From the NCBI GenBank assembly GCA_010093995.1, contig ML992507.1, positions 1,175,868 through 1,239,867 of the forward strand: DNA of 64,000 nt. Reading direction: 5' to 3'. The position numbers and the translations under genes are program-made. Each line of letters opens with the position of its first letter. The stretch's first letter is position 1. Shown here one piece after another: positions 35,380 to 45,863 of the stretch. The notes under the pieces were generated by a model. That model was given only the letters and a program-made list of their open reading frames with translations. It did no database searches and was not told where the DNA came from. Source of the DNA: Elsinoe ampelina (taxonomy: Eukaryota).

Positions 35380-38172
35380 ATGCTGGCCAAGACTCGAGAC
35401 GACAAGAGTACAAAAAACAGCAATGGCAACTTCATGTCGGATGGTCAATTGGGTATGAATTACAGATGGAAGTGGCAAGAAGACTCGACTGACATGGATA
35501 ATAGCGGACTATCTCGCAGATCTAAGGACAAATCGAGCAGCTAGGCTTAATGGGTCTCGTCCTTTGCCATCTTCCCGATACGACAGCCAAAGGAAATCGG
35601 ACACAGCAACGAGTGAGCGAGGTTTTATCAACGAGTATGCAGGGAGACCTCTTGTTCCAGCGCCGCTACGTGTCAGTAGCCCGGCACCGAAAGCAGAAGA
35701 GGTGGATGCTTCCAAGATGAAAGGGAATCTTGCTACAGGTCCAAGTATCGTGTACATGGAGAACGGTGCAAGATGGATGGACAAGCAAGAGGCTCGCTCA
35801 CTTCGGATGGCTCTTGAAGACATGGACATAGACGAAGAGAAGAGGATACATGAAGCAGCACAGGATGAGGCATCACAACTGGTCCTGGAGCACAAGCATC
35901 CGAGTAGGAAAAGCGAGGCTTCAGCATACGCCAACCCAGATGTTCCAAAACGAGATTACAAGGTGCACTTGAGAAAAGGTAGCTATGGGAGATCACACAG
36001 TCCCATGCCAGTACTAGCAGATTCTGGGTCAACAACTTCGCCGACTAAGAGCAGATCGAGTTGGGGAAACACAGCAAGCTCTAAGGTTGATCATAGCAGG
36101 ATGGGTAGCCTTCCTGGCACGGAAACCGAATCAACCCAAGTCAACACTAGATCTGGTAGCTCGGCCGAAGCACCAAGTTTGGCCGGACCTCGTAAGAAGA
36201 AGAGCTACTCGGGTCTTGCCAGTGCCGTCGCGGCTGACATCGCCTCGTTGTCGAGGAGAGTGAGCAGTGGTGGGAAGAGAAAGGCTAGCGGTGAGAAGAG
36301 AATGTTTCCAACGGCAGAGGATAAGATCTACGAGGAACCAGAACCGATCAAGGAGGAAGAAGTGGTCGAGCCTATCAAGCTGCCAGCGCCAGAGCCAGCA
36401 CCATCCGACGCCAGCGTCTCAGAAGTACCAAGACATATGAGGAAGAATCCTTTCGCAAGAGTGAAATTCAACAAGGACAATCTCGAACGGGCAAACTCGA
36501 TCGCGGCAGGCCAAACCCCCAGGTTCAACCCGATTGAGATTCAGAAGAACCCGCCCAGTCAAAGTCGAAGACCATGGTATTTGTCCAACAAGCCTGCGAG
36601 TGCACCACTTGTCCCGCAGACCAACAAAGAAGAAAAGCCGGAAGAACAGGCAGAAGAGGCACCCAAAATGAAGGATGGCAAGGAGATACGAAGTGATGAA
36701 ATCCGTGCTGCAACAAGTATGAAACGCGGTGACAGAAGTTCGAATCTGCCACAGCCAACGGCAGTGAGTGATAGTCCGGGTCGACCGATTGTCAGCTTCA
36801 CCAACGAGTGGAAGAAGAAAGAGGCTGCAAGGGAGGGCAGTGCTTCACCTGTAGCAGGGGCTCGCCCTTTACCCAGACCAGGATCATCTGGTGGGTCGTC
36901 TCCGGTCATCTCACCGACCAAGAATTCGCCTGTCAAGTGTATGCCATCAAAGCCACAACCATCAAGACCACAGCCACGAGCAATGCCTGCTGTACGAGCT
37001 CCTCAACCCCCTGTTCGGACAAGCACAGCCCCTGCTGCCATTAACATTCCCAATGGGATACCCATTCTCAACCTACCAGATGACGACGATGGTGCAGCAT
37101 CAGAGGTCTTGTCCGAAGAACCTGATTTGCCACAAATGGATTTGCTGGGCACGAGTGGCCAGCCTAGAATTGCAGCAACGCCGTCTAGACCAGCTAGATC
37201 GATGCCGAGTATACCGACGATCAACGCTCCTGATAATGGCAGTCGGCCTGATGTGCCAGTCAATTCACCGTCAGCCAGACCACTACCGAGCCCGCAACAG
37301 TCCAGTCGCCATCAGCCAGCGTCCGATCCTGGACCACATCTTTCGGCTCGAGGTGGGCCATCCAGCACACCACATCTCACGCCAACCCAGGCTCGAAGTG
37401 GAGCACTCTGCGCCCATTGTGCACTACCTATCGCAGGTCGTATCCTCAGTGCAGCAGGTGAGCGATTCCATCCAGAGTGCTTCGCATGCCATCAGTGCGG
37501 TATCAACCTTGAATGCGTGGCGTTTTACCCGGAGCCAGATCAGAAGTACTATGAGCGAATCGCCAGGATCCAGCATCGTATGCAGGGCTACGAAATCGCA
37601 GTCCCAGATGGCGTAACATCTGAAGACATTCGCAGGCTCGAAGAGCAAGATGGCGATGAGAGCATGCGCTTCTTTTGCCATCTTGACTTTCACGAGCTCT
37701 TCAGTCCAAGGTGTAGGAGCTGCAAAACGCCCATTGAAGGGGAGGTTGTTGTCGCTTGTGGGGCCGAATGGCACGTTGGTCACTTTTTCTGTGCCCAATG
37801 TGGAGATGTATGTCAATCAAATCAACTTGCATTCGTGAAGCTGACAAAATGATAGCCTTTCGACTCTAGCACACCATTCGTCGAAAAAGATGGGTATGCG
37901 TGGTGCTTGGGCTGCCATACTCACCGCTACAGTCCCAAGTGCAGAAAGTGCAGAAAGCCAATCACGGACCTCGTCGTCAACGCTCTGGACTACGACTGGC
38001 ATAGCGACTGCTTCTGCTGCGTGGTACGTATTAACTCACAAACCCAGAAAGCTGATCTCCTAATGCTGAACAGGAATGTGGCGGTGGTTTCGACGATGGT
38101 CAATATTTTCTCCGAGGCGACTCGACTGAACCGGTGTGCATCAAGTGCGAAGATCGACGACTAAAGGCATGA
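35380..38172 (+). CDS. Paxillin-like LIM-domain protein, 4 exons: 35380-35452, 35505-37807, 37856-38023, 38074-38172
   Basis: Long Pro/Ser-rich N-terminus then three LIM domains (CAHC...HPECFACHQC...CHLD; CRSC...HVGHFFCAQC...CLGC; CRKC...HSDCFCCVEC...CIKC). Three canonical introns. Confidence 0.87.
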
Positions 38173-38973
38173 GTCCACGATTCATTTGAGGACAGATTTG
38201 GATATCAAATAGACAGCATATATCCTGGCGCGTTCGGTGTTCGGCAGGGATGATTTCGCCGTGGCAGCCGTTGTTCAAACGTTGACAAGCGCGACAGGTT
38301 CGTGAGAGCTCACAACAAAGCCGGGGGGGATAAGGCGAGATAGCTCGATAGATAATAGCTCCTGACAAGGTGTATGGAGTTTGATGGTCCAACACATTGA
38401 TGCAACGTGGCAATCATGAATTCTCCACCATTGATGCCCAGAAGACGCATACCGAGAGTGGGTCGAGAATCAAGGAAAGCAAGTGACGTCCTCCGGGTAC
38501 GGACCCTTTCTTTTGCTGGACCGAGCTCGACGCGCGCGCGGACCAGGCTGTCTCTCATCAAGGAAATTAGTATACTACCACATCCTTCCAATACGCTCAG
38601 TTTGTCCTGTATCTGCTCCTCGTTAACCTCGAGAGCTCTGTCATGTCTTCATTTGTTCTGCACTAATTTGTCTCTCTTTTCCAACACTACTCTCTTTAGT
38701 CACATTGTACTTTCCAGCGGTCTTTCCTTGATACCCAAAAGCGACGCGTGCTTCACTGCATTGCACAACAAAAAACGATCTAGGAGAGATCTGAGAGCAT
38801 ACATATTGAATAAGAACCAAGTCGATAGCTGACGGGCGACTCCAAATCGCTCAAAGCTCTCGCGCAAAGGTACAATGGGTGATATCTGGCTCGAGTCCTC
38901 AGACTGACCCATCTCTCTCAGGAACACCACGAGTACCTTTTCGCAATCCCCATCTCCGACTCGACAGACCCCT

Positions 38974-41900
38974 GTGCGAAGCAAGAAGCCAGATCCAAGC
39001 CATGGTACAACATTGACCGGTCGCATACCTCAGTCTGCTGCTTCTGTTCCAACAGGAGGTCCTGCGGCAAGATACTTCACCCCAGCCCTCTTCCCTCGAC
39101 GTATCGACTCTTTGGAGCAATCGAGTGATCGTCCAAATTCTTTCCACGGACGAAGCGACTCCAATACCAGCGAGAGCTACTACTACACCGCTACCTGGAA
39201 CACACCGAACGATCCGTTGTTTCAATCAGGCCAGGGTAGTAGGAGACCCCATACTTCGGGCAAAGACTCTGGGAGAGACAAGAGTGGGAAATTGCCGGCA
39301 GGGTTCGTGTTTGGATTAGACCACTTGCTGCCATCACGCCTTCCCAACAGCTTGTTTGGGGACAGTATAGACGGTCCCCTCAGTCCGACTGTCGCGAAAC
39401 AATTGCGAGCGTCGCAAAAGTTGTCAGAGCAAACTGGTGGACTTTTCGGGGATCAACAGGACTTCCTGACTCAAGCTAGAGGGGTGCCTGTTCCAGATAC
39501 TCCCCCACGGACACGAAACGCAGGAGCCGCTATGTTGTCTTCAAGATGGGCCCCGACGCCGGACAGAGAATTGCGAGAGCAGGATAAGGTAGCAGAAATG
39601 GAGAGGAAAGAGTCGACACCACAGTCGACACCTGTGAAGGCCAAGAATCAGACGACGGAGTCGCCTCGACCTCGACCGGTCCGTGCAGGATCGGCTAGTG
39701 CACCAAAGGAGTCGCCCAGGAAGAAGAAAAAGGTTCTCTGGAATGGTCGCCAATGCGTAATATATCTCCCATCTGGGTCGCCGGAGAAATTTGGCGGAGC
39801 GCGGCCCATGAGCCTGGAGCAGGTGTCCAATTTGATGCGCGGATGGCGAGCAGCAGGCCACGATACCAATGGCTTTGATGTGCAGCATTCAGAGAATCCG
39901 GAGATTGAAGCAGACAGGGGAAAATTACGCTACATCGAAGCTCAAGACCTGTTCACTGCTCCTTCAGGTTCACGACCTGCCGTCAGAATTGCCAATCCCA
40001 AAGCCTGGCAAGACTACACCAACTGGCTGATGGAGGAGAAGCTGCGTGCACTGGGTGTAGGGAGTGTCGACGAACCGCCACCAATGTCCCGCGAAGCGTC
40101 CAATCAACAACAAACAAGGACATTCTCGCCGTCTTTCAATGCCTCTGCAGCCGGCTCACATGGCTTCCCCTTCTCTCAGCGGTCCACCCCAGGCTTGTCG
40201 AACTTCAGCACTGGTCCACACTCCCGCACAATGTCAATTGCGTCGCCTCTGTCCTCAGGCCCAGAAACCAGAGGTCATGCTCATAGACACTCGGTCTTCG
40301 GTATGCCACAAGCGTTCCAGCAGCTCCCTGGTCTAAGCCCTAACATGCGACCATTCTCGCCTTCGCAACAATTGAGTCTGAACGCTGTCGCTCGTGCTCA
40401 TTCACCAATCGACAGACTGAAAGGTAGTGTCAGTCCTGTGCCACAGTCTGCTCCGCCACTTGACGGTCAGCCATTCCGCCCAAGCCCAGTTGGGGAGAGA
40501 AGATTCACACCTCCAGCGCATATGCGTCATCAATCGCTCGCTCCAACCTTCTCTCCACAGCAGATGCCAACGACCGTCACTCCGCAGCAGCCACTTGCCG
40601 GCGTACCCGAGGATGAGGAAGAGGGTCCTCAAGAATACACTCCACGAGCTCCGACTCAGCCTGCTGATATTGTTATCCCTACCCCACGTGGGCACCGACA
40701 CAACATTAGTGAAAATCTCGAGAAGGAAATCCGTGATGCAGAGCAGGTGCTGGAGCAGCAAAGTGCATTTGATCTACCTCCACCTCAGCAGCAGCAAGCG
40801 TTCAGTCAATTCGGTGCCCCCAGCCAGGATTCGTTCGCCTTCAGGCCGCCGATACCAATGCCATCACCTGGACAGTTCCAGTTTGGCGGTCCACCGAATG
40901 TCCCATCCTTCCAACCTCAAGCGTTTGCCTTTCAGCAGCAGATGCCTTTCGGGCAGCCATCTTTCAATCCTCAGCAACCTGTGTTCCAGCCTCAAGCTCC
41001 AAGCTTCAACTTTAATCCTGGCATCGCGGCTCGTGCGCAGTCTTTCCAGCCAGGCCCGATCACGAATATGTTCCAGCAGGCTCCGCCACATCGGCCTAGT
41101 CAGCCAGGACATGTCCGTCAACAATCGTCTGGCAATTTGGATGTGTCTGCGCCCGCATTCAAGCCACAAAGCTTTGGTGGTCCTTCGCTGCCTTCCAAGA
41201 GCTTCGATTTCTCCTCAGGGTTCGAGTTTAAGCCCGGCGCTCAGTCATTCCAGCCACCGAAGTCTGTCAACCTAGAGCCGAACAAAAGCTCTATCTTCGG
41301 CGAGGTCAATATCCCAGAAGTTGTGAAGCCGGCTCGCAAGTCCAAGGCAGTCGCAATCATACGTCCTGCGAGCTCTCGGAAAGAGGACGATGCTGCTGCT
41401 GTGGAGGAGGACGAGACTGGTAGGCTGATACAAAGCACCGACAGACAAAAACGTGCATTCCAGGCTGCAAAGGATGACGGCGATGCTATACCGATGTTTG
41501 CTGAACGTCCTGCGTCGCCCGTCCGTGCTATCGAAGCTGGACACATCTCCGCCAAGGTGTCTGTTGACACCACTCTGCCTATACAGGGCACGTCAGATAA
41601 CGACGAGATGGTAAAGAGGAAGGAGCTCGATGACAGTGCGATGGATCTGGACAATGCAAGGCTTAGGGATTCCGAAAACGATGAACCCCTGGATCTCAAC
41701 GAACGGTCGTCAGTACTGGGTTACTCTACGGACGAGAACAAGGAGAATGCGCCTCTTCAAAGTGGTCCAGCCATCGCAAATGGCAGGAGAACGTCCCACG
41801 CCAGGAACATCAGCTCTCTGTCTGCATTGGCCAAGCCATTTGAATTCATGCCGAGACCACAGCCTGCGCAGGAACCACCTTTGCGTATGCCTTCTTTCGA

Positions 41901-44900
41901 AGCTCAACCGCCACCAGAGAAGACAATACCGCTTGACCCAGAGAAGCCCGATTTCAGCCCTGCTCGTATCTTCTCTCGGGATGCCACGCAGGACGAGGCC
42001 GCACTGGCCCCAGCGTTTGAGCCCGAGAAGAGGATTCCCTCACCCGTGCGCGAAGCCACCCCACCACAGCTTGCTGAGCTGTCGTTTGAGCCTTCGTTTG
42101 ATGAGATTGATGCTGTCATGCGACAATTGAATGATGAAGATGAAGAGCATGATCAGAATATTGAACAGCCCATGGAAGGCGACCGTCTTGACACGGACCA
42201 ACTCCGTCCATCATCGCCTTCTGCAATGCTCTCACAAGCCGAGGCTTTGCGGAGTGATGCGCCCAGTCCCGGATCTGTTCAGATTCATCCTATTCACGAG
42301 GATCGGCCTACTTCTGTCTCTTCGCTGTCGAGTGAGGCACCCCTCGATCTGCCATCCCCAATGGATACCATTTCACCAACAATGCAAGGTCCGAGGAACA
42401 GGAATCTTGGCCCGTCTAGCGAATGGTCGGAGGACTTTTCGTCCGGAGCTGGCGATCGCATCAGGCAGCGTAGTGGATTCTTCGATGACCGCGTCGACGA
42501 AGTCATTGGCAAGGCGCTGCAGGAGCATTTGCAGCCTTTCAAGGAGCAAATGGATACTCTGAGACGGTCATTGTCTGAGGCACGGCCGTTGACTTCTGGA
42601 TCTCAGCCTCGCAGACTTGCTTCTTCTGGACTTGACAGCGATGCTGATGACGAAGATGATATCGCTGATAGCAAATTCTTGCCTCGACCTGTGTCAAGCA
42701 GGGGTGGCCGCAAGTACGATTTGATCAAGGCTGCGGTCACCGAAGCTTTCCTTCAACGTCCTGCTTCTCCCATCAAGGACAGTCATGCCGACCTGCTTCA
42801 CGGATTCGAAATGGTCAACAGTCGACTGGACACTCTGCTCATCCGAGGATTCGACATTCATGATGTTCGCGAAGCTGTGGAGGAGGCTTTCCAAAAGCAG
42901 TCTACTTCGCTTGTCCACGTTCCTCGTCAAGACTCCTCGGACAGTGAGATGGAAGTCTACAAGCGTGAGAACTTTGACACCAAGAAGCTTCTACGTCTTG
43001 CTGAAGAGGAGCTGGACATTCTCCGCGCCTCGTTGTCGGACAAGGACAGCAGATTGGACTTGCTCGAGCGGGAGCGCCGTGACCTTCGGGACCGTGCAGA
43101 GAATGGCGAAGAGCTTGCCGACAGGTACCGTCGTAAGGTCAGTGACTTGGAAGCTGAAAGCACGACATTGCACTCTACTTTGGAGGAGTACAGAGCGCTC
43201 CGCTTGAAGCTCAAGCACGATCAGGAAGACGCCGAAGCGGAGAACAGACACCTCCGAGCGACGGTCTCTGAGCTCGAAGGTCAAGTGGGTGATGGCAAGA
43301 ATGTTCGCGACAACATGCGCGATAAGCTCGATCGCATCCAGGCCGACATGGCTAGTGCCGCTGAGCAGCTTGCCAACCAGAAAGTCGCTTGGCAACGCCA
43401 GAACGAGGAATTGCAGAAGCGATGTGCAATTTTCCAGTCTCGCCTCGATGCTGAGTCCCAACTTCGTCTCGGCCTTGAAAATGAAGTTGCGCGTCTGCGC
43501 ATGGTAGCCTCTGAGGGTGAGAGCGCGAAGATGCAGCTTGAACAGAATGTGCAGACGAATGCGATGCTGGAGGAGACAATCCATTCGCTTCGTGATGAGG
43601 TCAATGAGTTGCAGACTAGCAATTCTCGTGTGCACCGCGAGCTTCAGGATGCGAGGGAGAATTCTCGTCTCGAAGTCCAGCGTGCTCAGCTCATGATGCA
43701 AGCTGGAGTGGAGACTGCCAACAACCAGTCTGATGCTGTCAGAGCTGGTTTAGAGAGCAAGCTGTCAATCACTCACAACGAGCTTGACAACCTGAAAGCT
43801 CTTATGGAAGCGATGAAGTCAAGGCATGAGATTCTCCTGCAGGAAGAGGCTGATCTCCGTCGCGACACGCTGCTCAAGGTCAACGAAGCTAGCAATTCTG
43901 CTCTGGAGAATCTTCGTGCTCGTCATGAAGAGGATATCCAATTCATCAAGCTGCAGAACGAGCGCAATCTAGCTGATGCTAGGCAAGACAAGGATCGCTC
44001 CGAGCGCTTCTGGAATGAGCGCTTGACGATGTCCGAGGAACGACATGGACACTTCAAGGAGCGCATCGCCCACCTTGAGGAGCGTCTGGCAATCGCCAAA
44101 TCAGCTGCCTCGGCCGCAGTTCAAGCAGCGCAGCAGGCCGCTAAACCATCGTCTTCTGCTTCGCGCGAACCAGAACGCATCTCACCCCAAGCCCTCCGCG
44201 AGTCCATCCTCGTTCTCCAAGAACAGCTTCAGGACCGGGAAGCTCAAATCGAGCAGCTCCACTCCGCCCTCAACACAACCCAATCCACCCTCCCCGCCAA
44301 ACTCAAAGAAAAAGACATTGAAATCAACTGGCTCCGCGAGCTGCTCGCCGTCCGCGCCGACGACCTCCAAGACCTCATCACCACCCTCGACAACCCCAAT
44401 TTCGACCGGCAATCCGCCCGCGACGCCGCCATCCGCATCCAGACCCAAATGCAGATCGAAATCCAAGAAAAAGAACGCCACATCCGCGCAGGCGACAGTC
44501 TCCCCGCGCAAGCCCTGGCTGGCCTGACGAATTTCGCCTCGCCCAAAGCCGTGCAACTCGCCGCTGCCTTTGGCAGTTGGCGCGCGAGAGGCGCCCCGAG
44601 CGCGCCCACGCCGAGGAGCGTCAGACGGCAGGCGCCGCGGGCGAGGGAGATGTCCCCCCAGCCTCCCCACAAGCCGGTGGACAGCGCCGGCCCCACACCC
44701 GTGTCCGCTTCTCCCGCGGGCCCGGCGGACGAGACGCCGAGTAAATCCAACCCGCCCAGGCCCGGGAGCGCGGCGAGCTGGATGTCCGGGCTGATGACGC
44801 CGCCGGCGAGCGGGTTGAGGCGGACGCCGAGTCCGGGGGTGGCGGGGGGAGGGAGGCCCGGGAGCGCGGGGAGCGAGGATGCGGTTGGGAAATTGAGTTT

Positions 44901-45045
44901 GAGGAGGGGGAGTTTTGACGAGGATGCCGGGGAGGTTGGGGGTTGGGAGGGCGTGGCGGCGGCGATGGGAAGGGGGGGAGGAGGAGAGGGGGGATGGGGG
45001 AGGGAGGGGAGGTCGTTGGCTGAGGAGTTGGAGCCGCTTGGGTAG
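38974..45045 (+). CDS. Very large (~2000 aa) disordered plus coiled-coil protein (type often labelled 'myosin heavy chain-like'; no motor domain visible); 5' end unresolved
   Basis: 6-kb uninterrupted ORF with F/Q/P-rich repeats (APAFKP, FEFKPGA), a heptad-rich region at ~42950-44480 and EINWLRELLAVRADDLQDLI. First ATG is 39532, but the frame is open back to a splice acceptor at 38921. Confidence 0.8.
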   Translation: MRSKKPDPSHGTTLTGRIPQSAASVPTGGPAARYFTPALFPRRIDSLEQSSDRPNSFHGRSDSNTSESYYYTATWNTPNDPLFQSGQGSRRPHTSGKDSGRDKSGKLPAGFVFGLDHLLPSRLPNSLFGDSIDGPLSPTVAKQLRASQKLSEQTGGLFGDQQDFLTQARGVPVPDTPPRTRNAGAAMLSSRWAPTPDRELREQDKVAEMERKESTPQSTPVKAKNQTTESPRPRPVRAGSASAPKESPRKKKKVLWNGRQCVIYLPSGSPEKFGGARPMSLEQVSNLMRGWRAAGHDTNGFDVQHSENPEIEADRGKLRYIEAQDLFTAPSGSRPAVRIANPKAWQDYTNWLMEEKLRALGVGSVDEPPPMSREASNQQQTRTFSPSFNASAAGSHGFPFSQRSTPGLSNFSTGPHSRTMSIASPLSSGPETRGHAHRHSVFGMPQAFQQLPGLSPNMRPFSPSQQLSLNAVARAHSPIDRLKGSVSPVPQSAPPLDGQPFRPSPVGERRFTPPAHMRHQSLAPTFSPQQMPTTVTPQQPLAGVPEDEEEGPQEYTPRAPTQPADIVIPTPRGHRHNISENLEKEIRDAEQVLEQQSAFDLPPPQQQQAFSQFGAPSQDSFAFRPPIPMPSPGQFQFGGPPNVPSFQPQAFAFQQQMPFGQPSFNPQQPVFQPQAPSFNFNPGIAARAQSFQPGPITNMFQQAPPHRPSQPGHVRQQSSGNLDVSAPAFKPQSFGGPSLPSKSFDFSSGFEFKPGAQSFQPPKSVNLEPNKSSIFGEVNIPEVVKPARKSKAVAIIRPASSRKEDDAAAVEEDETGRLIQSTDRQKRAFQAAKDDGDAIPMFAERPASPVRAIEAGHISAKVSVDTTLPIQGTSDNDEMVKRKELDDSAMDLDNARLRDSENDEPLDLNERSSVLGYSTDENKENAPLQSGPAIANGRRTSHARNISSLSALAKPFEFMPRPQPAQEPPLRMPSFEAQPPPEKTIPLDPEKPDFSPARIFSRDATQDEAALAPAFEPEKRIPSPVREATPPQLAELSFEPSFDEIDAVMRQLNDEDEEHDQNIEQPMEGDRLDTDQLRPSSPSAMLSQAEALRSDAPSPGSVQIHPIHEDRPTSVSSLSSEAPLDLPSPMDTISPTMQGPRNRNLGPSSEWSEDFSSGAGDRIRQRSGFFDDRVDEVIGKALQEHLQPFKEQMDTLRRSLSEARPLTSGSQPRRLASSGLDSDADDEDDIADSKFLPRPVSSRGGRKYDLIKAAVTEAFLQRPASPIKDSHADLLHGFEMVNSRLDTLLIRGFDIHDVREAVEEAFQKQSTSLVHVPRQDSSDSEMEVYKRENFDTKKLLRLAEEELDILRASLSDKDSRLDLLERERRDLRDRAENGEELADRYRRKVSDLEAESTTLHSTLEEYRALRLKLKHDQEDAEAENRHLRATVSELEGQVGDGKNVRDNMRDKLDRIQADMASAAEQLANQKVAWQRQNEELQKRCAIFQSRLDAESQLRLGLENEVARLRMVASEGESAKMQLEQNVQTNAMLEETIHSLRDEVNELQTSNSRVHRELQDARENSRLEVQRAQLMMQAGVETANNQSDAVRAGLESKLSITHNELDNLKALMEAMKSRHEILLQEEADLRRDTLLKVNEASNSALENLRARHEEDIQFIKLQNERNLADARQDKDRSERFWNERLTMSEERHGHFKERIAHLEERLAIAKSAASAAVQAAQQAAKPSSSASREPERISPQALRESILVLQEQLQDREAQIEQLHSALNTTQSTLPAKLKEKDIEINWLRELLAVRADDLQDLITTLDNPNFDRQSARDAAIRIQTQMQIEIQEKERHIRAGDSLPAQALAGLTNFASPKAVQLAAAFGSWRARGAPSAPTPRSVRRQAPRAREMSPQPPHKPVDSAGPTPVSASPAGPADETPSKSNPPRPGSAASWMSGLMTPPASGLRRTPSPGVAGGGRPGSAGSEDAVGKLSLRRGSFDEDAGEVGGWEGVAAAMGRGGGGEGGWGREGRSLAEELEPLG

Positions 45046-45863
45046 AGGGGATGCAAGAGATTTCTTATGTTATTGACGAGGGCGATGGTGGAGGCGGAGG
45101 TGAAGTGAGGTTTGGAGGTGGAGGAGAAAGAGGAAGGCGGATGAGGACAAGATTGTTGATATGCATTGTCGGGGCCTGAACAGATTGATGGATGATACCC
45201 CTGTTTAACTTTGATGTTTTTTTTTTGGCTGGTAGCTGTCAGAGAATGTTCCCTATACATAGCTGTGATGGCCGGACGAGGGATGGTGGATCACCCGCTT
45301 GCTGTGTAGATTTCGACATTATCAATTCATTCACACAGACCATTTCGCTCTGATATATGTATCATTGACCTACGCTAGAAATGGGAAAAAGTGGTATCTC
45401 TTGCCCTGTCCCCTCTTCGCCCGCTCGCTCGCGCCGGTCGCTAATCGATGGATGGATGTATCAGTACCGACGCCGTGGAGGTCCGATCCTGCTCATGCTG
45501 CTGTGCCTGTCCTGTTGCATCGCCGTCATGCGTCATGCGTCAATCCGTCGTTGGTCGTGATCATTCTGCCCTACTACCGCGCCGTACTAGTGCCGGTGTC
45601 TTGTCCTTCGTGTTCATGGTAGTCATGCTGTCCCTGTCCTGCCAGCCTGTCCCTCGTGCGTCGTTGACCCGTGCCTTGCCTGGTCGTGGGTCCAATTCTT
45701 CTGAGCTGTGAGGAATGTGTTGTGGTTTCACTTGTGCCCGCTGAGGTCGATTGGCTCTGATTTCAATAATCGCTCGTAACAGCTAGGAAGGTAATATATG
45801 CGCTTTGTCATGCACGTGCCCTCCTTCATGCTTCCAAGTTGTGGCTGGGGTGGGGCGAATACC

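Noticed and set aside
38974..45045. True myosin or SMC protein
   Set aside because: No P-loop, motor or Walker motifs are visible; only coiled coil and disordered sequence.
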